Shown one piece after another: positions 42,601-54,600 of a stretch of DNA of 64,000 nucleotides (the stretch's first letter is position 1; every line of letters begins with the position of its first letter). Location: positions 17,670,001 to 17,734,000 of the forward strand of contig OZ249444.1 of assembly GCA_965235115.1 (NCBI GenBank), written 5' to 3'. Under the pieces are notes generated by a model. It worked only from the letters and a program-made list of their open reading frames with translations, searched no databases and had not been told where the DNA came from. The stretch comes from Laetmonice hystrix. Its lineage: Eukaryota. Position numbers and translations under genes: made by a program.

Positions 42601-45600
42601 CCATAGGCTTGTAACGTTCAGAACACTGAAATGCTAATATTTGGTCTAAACGAATCTTTACCACCGTCGTTCTCCGCATACATTTTGGCTGTATTTTTTG
42701 TCAAAAACCTGCCCTATTGCTACCCCACAAAGTCCGTCGACTCCCCTCCGACATGAAACAGATCAACATGGCCACGGTCAAAACGAAAACAAATGGTGAC
42801 TGGGCGTGTGTTGTGGAATGGTTGTGGTAATATTGTATGCACGTTGTCCTGCAGGTGAAGGAGGACCTGAGCAGTACCATCAAACACGGTGACGTGCTCC
42901 TCACGTGTTTCAAGAGTGTACGGACAGAGGCCGGCCAGGAGGAGGTGGTGTCTTCCTCCCTACTCCCCTCCAGTAAACTCGCACACGTCACTGCCGTAGA
43001 AAGGTAAGTCGGGACAAACTCTTCTCATGTTTTGGTTTTTTTAAAAGGGTGCATTTTTTCAGGTGTGTGTGTGTGTGTGGGGGGGGGGGTCTGATGGAGA
43101 AACCTCTGGAGCCACTGTTCTTTTATAATTCAAGATTCTCGAGTGGGTCTCTCCTACCTCCCTGAGAATGTTTCTGTTGGACTCCTTACCCCCCCCCCCC
43201 TCCCACCTCAACCCCACAAATATCAGATTTTGTATTGGCATGACAGAGTAGAGGTTCTGTCATGTATGACAGTAACCTACAGTCTATGGGATTGAAAGTT
43301 TAAAGCTAATATCTGAGTTCGTTAACAATCAAACATATCTCGACTGTCTAACCGGAAGTAGACAGAAGTGGTTACTCTTGCTGATTCAGTGTGAATCATC
43401 CTTTTATTGGTTATTTTCGATAGAAGGCAGTGCGACCATAGTATCAAGATTTATCTCAAGGATTCAGATTAAGGGTCTGTGGTAGGGCCCAGTGTAGACC
43501 TCTATACCAGGGTATAGGTGCCGTGCACAATGTATACTGTCCTGCAGGGATAAATAGACATTTCTACTGGGAAAATACTTATTTATAATTACACGTATTA
43601 GAAGGACTCATCAAATATATATCTGTTCCAGTAATACTAGGTCGTGCGCGTACCATTTCAAGTTTCCAGGTACGAGTACTAGATGTGCTTCAGCATCAAT
43701 ACACACGGCCAGAAAAAACGAGCTCAGGTTGTTTGTGGAAAGGAAACTATTTCGGTCAAATACAACACGCCACGCGTTTTTACACCAGGAGCACTGTGAA
43801 CGCGCTTACTTCATCAACTCCAAATCGACAGACCAAAAACTTTAACTGAGAAAAAAGGGGGATAATACTTTTTCTTTGAAGACTTAAGAGTCTTACCTTT
43901 GGCCCAGGGGATTCCATATTATCTGAGAAGTAGAATGCAATAAAGAAGTTTGTTTATGTGGCGTTGAATACAAGGATCTGTGCCGCCTGTCTGTCTGATT
44001 GATTAAGACATGATGGTTTTATTTTTCTACCCCTTGACTTGCTTCCAACCGACTTACGTCACAGCTTTGCGGCAAGTGAAACTTTTTCCCAGTTTCCCTG
44101 TCGTATTTCGTTATGCCGACTCTAAGACCATCAGGTGAACGCTTTGGCTTCATCCATAACAGTTGAATACCTACGAGGTGCTACACCAGGGCTAGAGCTC
44201 AGAGTCTCTGTGTGTGTGGCTCACGGTAGGCAGCCTCGCGAGTGTGTACGTTAGCGAGGCTTGTTGACAACAAGACCACAAATTAGTATGAGAATACAAT
44301 TATTATTGTCAGTCGGTGGTAAATTAGTAATGCATGTTATACCGTGTTGTACTCTGGCCACGGGTTATATTTACCTCAAACGTATTGGAGGACTGGATGA
44401 ACTGAGAGTGTTGTCTTCCCGCCAATGTTATAGTTGGAAGGTTACGGGTGTTAGTGTAAAACAGAGTTGTTTAGTAAAGCCATGATTTCCACGTGATGCC
44501 AGCTCTCAGACGGAGACTGGTATAAGTATGCTAACTGCCAGCCGGACGGTAATCACCGGGGTAGATAATCTCTTCTTCCTTGTAACTGAGCTGGCGGAGT
44601 TCATTGAATTCAACCGTTTCTCAGTCGTCGGTGTACTTGGTAAAGGCGACCAGTCTACTCGTTAAGACGCTGAGAGCGGAGAGATCTGCTGCAGAGTTCA
44701 GACCCACTCCTGGCTGTGGATAATTGAGACTCGGTAAAGGCGACCAGTCTACTCGTTAAGACGCTGAGAGCGGAGAGATCTGCTGCAGAGTTCAGACCCA
44801 CTCCTGGCTGTGGATAATTGAGACTCGGTAAAGGCGACTAGTCTACTCGTTAAGACCCTGAGAGCGGAGAGATCTGCTGCAGAGTTCAGACCCACTCCTG
44901 GCTGTGGATAATTGAGACTCGGTAAAGGCGACTAGTCTACTCGTTAAGACCCTGAGAGCGGAGAGATCTGCTGCAGAGTTCAGACCCACTCCTGGCTATG
45001 GATAATTGAGGGATGAGACTAACATCGACCTCAGATTGGCCCAGCAGCGGCTGAAATAATGTCAGGATGGCTGCGGCGAACAGATAGGTTGTAAGGGGAA
45101 ACAGTGCTGAAACCTACCTGCGAACAGGATACGGCACGGTGGGGTGCGGTAGGGGGGCTAAATGAAGGATAAACGGTTTGTATCTTTAACATATCTTGGG
45201 GTAGGGCAAACAGAAAGAAATAATGATGTGTTTACAGTGAAAGCTTTGACCTAACAAGGGATTGACTGGACACAGTTGCTGATCAGTGTTGATGACAATC
45301 TTTAGTCTGAGATCATTAGGATGAATCCAGTGGAGAAGACTTCCTGCAGTTCCTCCAGGCACGTTGATCTCTGACCTCCGAACCACCAAGGTCACTGACA
45401 GACCTTTATGTGTTAGTTATATTGACGTCTGAGACGAAATGTCAATTGTCCTGACCTTTGTTTATTGTTACCATGGAGATGTAGGGCAATACTAACGACA
45501 AGAACATGTCATTGAGGGGATATTTACTGGATGACTATATTTTCATGTCAAGGACATCCATTATTCATCATGTTTGGTGTGAGAGTGTAGATACGGAGAA

Positions 45601-48600
45601 TCTCAACCAATGCCGTTGTTAAGATGTTGTCCAGATCCTGTCCTCTTTATATAGAAAATACCGTAAATATTGTCGCACCAGTATTACTAGTATTTGCTGT
45701 CATATCGATTGACGATTTCGATCACCAGTGCGCTGTTTTCGACGAGGAACCACGTGTATTTAGGTTGATAAATTTGTCATGAAAACGACAAAAGATTAGA
45801 CAGATTAAGACGTGAGAAAGGTAAAGCATGACCAGGAAATGTCGAACCTCCTATAGCCACAGGATACCCACAGGTAGGATATTTTCCCCGTTTCATATAC
45901 TACGGTAACTTTGAAATTCAATACAGTCTGCGAAAAAAACCAACCAAACCTCTTACACGTAGAGAGGTGTTCCTGGAATGCTACAGGAAATAACAGTCCA
46001 TGCTGACAGTCATTAATGAAATAAATGGTGAGGTACAAGAAATTTGGGTCAGTCATTACCTTCATTCTTTCTTATCTAGGCTGTCACTGAAATAGGGAGT
46101 CGCACATAAAAATGGACTAAAGGTTTGGGTTCATGGATGGGCATTAATAACGTCGTTACCTGGTTAATGAGCTGGTCCGGGAGTTATAAATATCAACTGG
46201 TCTAATTAAAGAATACCACACGCGGAAAACTCTGCCAAACTCGGTCACGACGGTTTGTGATGAGGGCCTAGATATAAATATTTTGAGTAAATATTTTTAA
46301 AAACTCTTAAAGGAACTGCAAAGGTTGTTTTAAAGTTAGATATGGCCATGCAAACAGTTATTGAGATAGGAGAAATGGTCCTACTGTATGGGATATCTGA
46401 GGGGTCTATGAGAGGACAATACCCCCGGGACAATCTACAAGGTCGAGGGAATTAAGGCCAGGTCAAGGGTGGAACAGTCGGCTTGGACGAGGAAGGGAGG
46501 GTTAGAGGTCAAGATATGGTCAAGATAATCAATGATTCTTGATACTGTAATGGAAGAAATAGATATAAATAATATATGTGATAGTTTCATCATGAGGTGG
46601 AGAATTTACTGCAGTTATTCAATTTTGTTAAATGGTGCCGGAAATGACAGTTGAGAGATTTGGGAAGTGTTTCTCGTCCGGCCCAGTTTTTACGAGAGAC
46701 ATCCATGCAAGGGGACCAGTCCCTCTGCATGCATCCCGTGGGAGTTAAATCTCATTTGACATCTGACAAATGGTTATCACTTTCTCCCGACCCATCTCAG
46801 GGTCCTCCACCGTGCTGTAACCAAGGTAATGTCACCATGGCAACAGTAGCATGGTTACGCCCAGTCCGTTATGGAGTTTTTAGGAGGGGAGTGGGCATTT
46901 GGGTTTTATTTGTGAGGATGATAGTTATATAAACACCGTCTGGACGTGAGGGCCAGGTGGAGACGTGAGCGCGCAGTGGTTACCGACTAACAACTCCTTC
47001 ACGGTAAGCCAACCCAAGTCTGTCTTCTCGCTACCTCTCAGGGGCTCTGATGGACCCTGATTCTCTTCTGTCAGTTCTTCTTTAGCAGAATATTCTAGAA
47101 GAATGGCTGGATTACAGATGTATTCTTGGCTGCTCTGCATCGTATTCATCTCCGGCCAAAATGTTTAGTCTTATTTGGTCCGGTGAATAGAAATATATCG
47201 GCCTGTAGAGAATCAGAATAATATTTAGTTGTTAGTTTTAGTTGAGGGAATATTATAGTATTTGCCAAAAATAAGGGTTCTCTTACACTGCTGTTGTAGC
47301 CTTCCCGATATTCATTTTTACATGTCGGGAGGTCGTAGCCTACTGGCCGAACTTTCCAGCCCCCCCCCCCCCCCCTTTTTTTTAGAAAATTGGGAAAATA
47401 TCACATTGTCAAAGTCTCCTCGATATTTGACGTAACTTGAAGGTTATGATGAGATCCCAATGGTGGTAAAGTGTATTTTCCACAGTGTGAAGGAAGTGAG
47501 GGATCCCGGAGGAAGCCTGCTAATAACGCTTAGTACCTCTGGCACCAGGGTTGCCACAAACCCACTCCATCAAGATCATATAACGTGAACATAGACATCT
47601 GAGCGTGGAATAAGTTAAAACTGTCGTCAGGTTTGATGACAACCGTGTCAGTACCGCCATAAAAATGTTCTACAGAACCTTGTCGGAAGTGAGAGGGACC
47701 GTCTGGCTGAGGGATATTGTAATACTAGTCGGTGGGTTCAGGTATAAAAGCTTGGTACGGAGGAGGGGGGGGGGTGTAACCTATTTTTGTTGTAGATATT
47801 TTTTCAACAATTAAGGTGGACGGGGTATGTGTGTAAACAGAGATTTAACAAAATAATGACTTTGTGGAGTTCTCTCTTTGTCCAGTCTGGCTCCATGTAT
47901 CCCTTGGTATTCTTACCTGTCGATATACCTGTCTCTCAATGTTTCCTTTCTCAATAAATCCGTCGGTATATGTCTGGTCAGGCTAGGCGCACTGAGTGTG
48001 AATTAGGTGGACGTGTGGGGGACTATGTGAATGATGGGATGAGGAGGAGGAGGCAGCAGGGGGGGAGGAGGGCTCGGGAGGGGATCCGACATCCTCGCAC
48101 TTTTATATAGTATCTGAGTTATGGCGGCATGTATGTGCTGTAACTTACTGAGCCATCCCCCTCCCTCTCTCTCCGCCCCACACCCCGGTCCGTACCCCTC
48201 CTCGCGTACCCCCCCCCCCCCCCCCAGTGAAGGGTATCTAGAGAATGCAGCCTGCAGACTTCCAGGAAGGCGGGCGGTGGTAGTTGACTATGTGAGCCGG
48301 GTTAGTACAGTGGATGGGCGGCCGTCAGCCAGCTGAGAGAGAGAGTGGTACGTCCGTATTAACGATACAGTCATCGGGTGGGGCACATCGACCTGCTGAT
48401 CAGCTGGTTACGTCCAGAACGATCGATTCACACTCCGGTCTGTTCTCGACACCTTCAGTCTGTCTCAGTCCTCCAGAGTCAAGGTGGATCATTGCTTCGT
48501 TTGTCAAGTTGTCATTGACGGGTCTCAACCGAGGTGTTCCTGGGCCATACTTAGCGACCGGGTTGTTTACCTCTCAATCAGCCACTGAACGGTTGGGAGA

Positions 48601-51600
48601 AAGGTGTTACTGTGAGTGTGGAGGACGTACACTGCCCGTGGGCGGGATTCTTGACGAGCAAAGAAAAGATACATTTAGGTACACGGCCAACATGTGACGT
48701 ATAACGGAACAGTGTGTTAATTTTACCGGTGTGGAAACACGTAAACAACAACTGCTTCAGTTCAAGTAGACTTCACAAGGATAGAGAGTTTGTACAGACC
48801 GCAGACAGTTCACTTGTGTAGGTACAAGGTGTCAAGTGGAGTACACGGTTTACAAGTTGTTCAGCAATCAGTGGGGACCATTGGTCTGTGAAGTACAAGT
48901 ATAGATACAGTATCAGATTGTCTGGGACAGTGGCTGGGATGGAGCCCAAGTGTACTCTACAGATCGACCTGCCGTTCAAGTTGGACCTGGTCTCAAAGAC
49001 CCTTCCTACAGCCAGGGGTCACATGCCACTTCCAGGACGAAGGTAACCATGGCCGTCCGCAGTAATAATTGTTAAATGATATGATAATAATGGGAATTCT
49101 ATACTGTCACCTACCTTTAATTACAGAGTAAACTTTTCCTTCTCCCCTTAATTTATCCCAGGTAGGGATCGAACTCGAGGCCCGGTCTTCCCTCCTCCTA
49201 AATATTCTTGAGGGATAGGCAGTAAACTAAAGTATCGTTGGAGTTTGCATGTGACTCCTCTCTCATCTCAAGGACTCTCTTGAAATATTGAAAAGAACGA
49301 TGATCTTAATGTATCAGTCCCAGCCAAAACCGTACACAGGTCTTAAAAGGATGAGAATATGAGTGATTGGAGGTGGAGACTGTAATTCAGTTTGACATGC
49401 TGTATCTGTTCAGCCTTAGAGCAGTTCAATCTCTGAGATTATTTAGGCCACAGATATATTTGACATTTGATAAGATCCATTCAGTGAGAATCGGTCATCT
49501 AAATTTGTTTAGGGTGTTTCAATCTTCTCAGAGCTAATTTGGTCGGGACATCATAACGTGTCTCACCAGATTAAATCTCAGCGGATTTATGATCTTTTGA
49601 AATCAACATGTGATCTTACTGCATTGCAATCAGAGAAGTCAGATTTTAGGTCAATTAAAAGAGCACGTTTTATGTTAAATGGGAAACATCTTGTTGACTG
49701 TCTAACTCTTGACTAAATATTAAATTAATCATATCTCATGTGATTGAATATTTGATTGCTTCTCCCTTTTTAAAAAGAGGTTTTTCATTTTTATCAAATC
49801 CATGCTTGCTGCGGCATTATCCATAAATGTCAAGCGTCTATGGATTTACATTAGGCAGCGCCATGGAGTCTGTCACAGCATATTTAGTGCTTTGTGTACA
49901 ATGCCACAAGTCTCGTTAATTGGAGCACCCAGTACATATTTATTTTCATAGGTTAATTAGCGATAGTATTGTTGTTATTTCGGAGGAACAACGTGGATTC
50001 CAAAGCCAGTATGATTTTTTTTCTGTGAGGGTTTGGCCAATATAAGTGACACATTCTGAAGACAGCCGCAGTGTTACAGACGTAATATACCCACACCTGA
50101 AGTCGACCGAGCCAGTCACTGGCTCCATCTGGTGGCAGCCTTCAGTGACAGCCTCCCTTCCCTGGCACCCGGTCTGGCGGCAGTATTCACCCACCAACAG
50201 TACCCTGAAACTGTGGATGACAGTGGAGTCCCCAGGGAGAGATCATTCACAGGTGGAATACACTGATACTGGCAATATTCTCTCCTGGTGTGGTCGTTAA
50301 CGTTAAGTCAGACAGCTGTGATAGAGGTTTGAGAAGTTGAGGATTCCACGGCTCGTCATCATAATGACGTCAGGCCTGTCCTTATCATCATCTTTATCAG
50401 ACAAAGATATTGACGGCGCCTGCTGAGAGTCCGTATCACTTTGCCATTCGGCTACTGGGTAACAGTGGCAATTTCCCGCTTATAACGGACAGATGAACGT
50501 TTTCCTACAGCAGGTTAGATATGTCGCGCCATCTGGTGGGAAATCTGGGCATCAGGTACGGAAGGATGGAGATGTGGTTGGATTTGGGACCTTAGTTAAG
50601 CGTTAATGGATACAATGAAGGACACCATAGCCCTCCATGTGTAATTACTAGCGATCACAATGCCCGTAACTACCAATTAACGTGATATGAGTGTTATTTT
50701 GAGGTTTGTTGCCGTCTCTGTCTCTAACAAAAGTTATGATCTGACATTAATGATCTAATGAAGCTGCCATCCACCTAGTTTATAGCTCACTGTATGTCCT
50801 GACATTGTCAGCCCCACGGACCGTGATTGAGGGTGTTGGGGTGTGAGTAGACGATTGGCACGTGGCCATGACACACCGACAAACACGAGGGTGAGCTGGT
50901 CTCAGCCAATGGTGGTTGGGGTTCAATCAGTCCAGCTCCCTTTCTATTTTAACACCAGTCGTACCAAAAAAATCATAGTGGGAACAAATTATTAGACGGT
51001 ACGTTGACTGCAGCGTTAGTCTTAAAACTACACAACACACAGGAACAGGCGCAGCATGAAGAAATTTTCATACTAAATAATATCAAAGATAGTATGGTAT
51101 ATGCTGTGGTAGTATGCTCTGTAGTATGCCCTGTTAGTATGCCCTGCTCGGCTCTCAGGCCGAATACTGGAATGTTTCCATGTAGACCAGCTAGAAATCT
51201 TAGGTTGATTTATCACGGTGAACAAATAATAAATATAGGAGTTTGGCCGGGGTTTAGGGAGGGAGGCGGGGGGGACTGTGAAGATTAACATGGAAAGATT
51301 AGAAGTTTGCAAACAATGTTAGGACCGTTAGCTGTGGAGCAGGTCAGGTTTTGCCATTTAATTCCAGGCGTACTTCGGTAAGTACCAAACCACCTGAAGT
51401 TGGTAATTACAATGTCACATTCCCACACCGTGTTCTCCTCCCATTCCTTGTATAAAGATTGGTTTTTTTCTCCCCCGGTTGTCGATAGCATGCGTGTACA
51501 CGTGCCGAGATCACAACTTGGTAACGTGTACCACGCCCACACTGGACTGATCGCAGAGTTCTCACACAGTTCCCACATTTCTGGCTGCCGTCTGTCTCAC

Positions 51601-54600
51601 ACAGTGGGCACCGATCTGATAACTTACCATACCGGCCACTGGTATAGATAGGAAACCACGGGAAGGCACCTCATCCTCGAAACACAAGTACAACTGACAA
51701 AAATATCTGTTTGTCCAGCTTAACCGTACCATTTTCAACTTGCTTCCTAATGTTCTTTTTCTGTTATTCTCCTACCGTGTATGATGTAGAAAAAAGTACC
51801 GAAAAAAATCAACTGCTGATATTGGAAGTGTAGTATAACCAGTTATCGAACAAGATGACCCGTGGGTTGTGTTGAGGCCCTCAGGTTGAGTACATACCAA
51901 TACCCTAAAATTATACCGTCCCAGCGCCCAGAGGTTCACCCACCTCCACCCAGGTGGCACTGCCTGTCTGTTCGATACCCAGCTGGAGTGACACGGCCCC
52001 CTGGGTGAAGGAAGCGCCACCTACCGGGCCAATGATCAACTAATGAACCATTGGACACCCTATGAATCCTCGGAATGACCGTGCCAACAGATAAAACTGG
52101 TAATTTGCGGTGATTTATTTTTTACTAGATATCCTTGCTTTGATAGTGACAAAAAGATCTAGCAGCACCCATTTTTCAAACCGCAGTGTATGGAAAACGT
52201 GAAAAAAAAGTCTGCTGTTGAAGTTCGTTATCTGTAGGATTGAACGGTTTAGGTCAGAAGTAGTTCAGTGAGACGACGAGCGCAACGTCATGCAAAACTT
52301 TATGACAAAAATTAGTATCGCATATACCGGCATAACCAGTAATTAGTGGTTCAATAACCGAATCATTTAGAGTCTGTTAATGCATCCAGTCAAAATAGGA
52401 TTCCGGCCATCATCATATTTAGAATCAAAGAAAGATTATGATTGTTATATAAGCGTTCATTTTACTGATGTATTTTGAAAGTTAGCTGTTAATTTGAGCA
52501 ATTGGTAGAGACTTAGATCTATAACAATATGTATATTGAACCGACATAGTCTCCTAGACGTCTACTCCGACACATTCTCCTAGACGTGGTCAAGAGGAAC
52601 GGGATGGAGCAGACTGAACGCTCTGCCACCCCCACCCCTCCCTCCCCGCCGGCCCACCATGTGGCTGTAGTCAACCTGATGGGCCCTGATGGGGTGGATA
52701 CCATGTGGTACAGGGGGTTGCTGCCCCTCCCAGCTCAACCAATCCCAGCCCCGCCGTCCAACCTTTAAACAGTGGACCCGGGCTCGGGTGGTGTAGTAAC
52801 ATCGTCTCCAGACCTGCTGCTGGTCGTGTTACAGAGAGATTCGTATACCGCCTCACCGCTCGTCACCGTCACCGTGACTGTTAGCGTTACTCTCGGCGTG
52901 ACGGTCACCGTCACGTCCGTCATGGGAGCCGTCAAGGTTAAACTCCAGCCACTGGACTCATGACATGTACACGTGGTGGTTTGTCCTTGAGAAGACGTGT
53001 CGTCATGAGAACCAGAGCCTTACGATATGGTTCACCTTCTAAAGCCTGGAGCTTACTTGGTGGACGGATGGCTCCCTCGTACCGTCACCACACTACACGA
53101 ACGACTACAGACAACATTGTACTTGGCATGGACGTGTTGCCGTAGCAACCTCATCGTATGATCTACAATATGAGGCGTGCACGATTTCTTAAAATATCTG
53201 AAAAAACGGAGGTTGTTTTCAAGGAGAGCTTCTCGGCGGAGATAAGAGAGACCTATGGGTTAGTGGAAATACGAGTGCAAAAAGTCGCCAAACGATATAT
53301 CTCACCTCAGTCAAATTTTCAAGTGAAAACATCTGTGAAGCTTTTAGGGAAAAAACAGCAAACCTACACCAGGATAATTGCCTCGGGCAAGCTTGAAGTA
53401 GGGAACGGAGGTAGCAAGTACATAGGTTGAGGTGAAAAAAAGGAATGCCTTCGGTGAAGTAGGAGTTTCAATAACCATGGCGCCTCAGAAGTATCAGCCA
53501 GGGTGTTCAAGGTGGAAGGCTTCTATCTGACGTTGACGTGATCTTTGCCATGATCTTTTACCGGTCAAAATGATCTTCACGGATAATCAGTACACACGTG
53601 TCGGCAAAGAACTAAACATTTTACTAGAATACGTGCCGCGATAGAAACGGCAGGTACTGGTGCTGACCTGGGGAAACTGCCAACGTACAATGTGTAGTAC
53701 TGTCATACAAAACTAATCGATGATGCCTTGAACCGATGTTTGAAAGTCGATAAACTATGAGATCTGAGAGACGTGTTTGAAGTTCTGGTGGTATCCAAAC
53801 GTATCCGACTGATGACAGTTTGGCACGCCGTGGTATCTGGTGTCGGAGATTTAACAGAGAAGGAAGCCGAAGTGGAGAGAAGTAATCCAGATGTTAAACG
53901 CTATAAAGATCCTTTATTATGCCATACATAAGATGTAGAGGTTGTCCAGACAGGGTGTACCTGAGGAGACAACCAGATCAATACGGTGCGGTAATTAGAG
54001 CGGTGAGGTGGGGTGGATGTATTATCGTGATGTGAGGGCGCGTCTGGCCGACTGTATCCAGCAGGTGGCGCGGCGGTCGGAACAAGTCTTCCAGTGGCTG
54101 GCAGTCGGAGCGTGGCTGGCTGTGGCCGTCGTCTTCTACAGGATGATGGCCGACGTGGCCGAGCTGCTCAGCATCGCTCTCCATAAGATCACCGGCCTCG
54201 TTCTGGCCGTCGTCATGGGGACACTGCTGTGGAAGGTCTTCCGGTATGTTATGATTGGGTGGGGCAGGATACCTGTGTGTATGCAGACAGGTAACTTACC
54301 CACCTTGTCTCACCTGAGCAATAATTTTGCTATCACGAGTTGGCTACGGAATAGGTCTTGCTCTGTTTCATCTACAAGTTCAGTCAGACCTTTGTTATTT
54401 AGCCACTTTCCTTTTTAGCAATTTCCTCGTTTTCATCCAGGAAAAATGCCAAGTCTCAGGCGTGGCAAACTATTTTAAAGATATAGCCTATGCTGGGGAG
54501 GGACGGGAAATACCAAATACTCACTTTAGGAATAAGACCTAGACGGAATTTTCTCGGGGGTACCAGTACCCCCCCCCCCCCGTCCCTCTAGGTTCCGACC

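Noticed and set aside
20634-45010. CRISPR-like interpretation of the regular repeats (107, 43 and 94 bp)
   Set aside because: Units are contiguous with no unique spacers, there are no cas genes, and the locus is eukaryotic.
53978-54184. Minus-strand 68-aa ORF
   Set aside because: Antisense shadow of the GC3-rich exon H.
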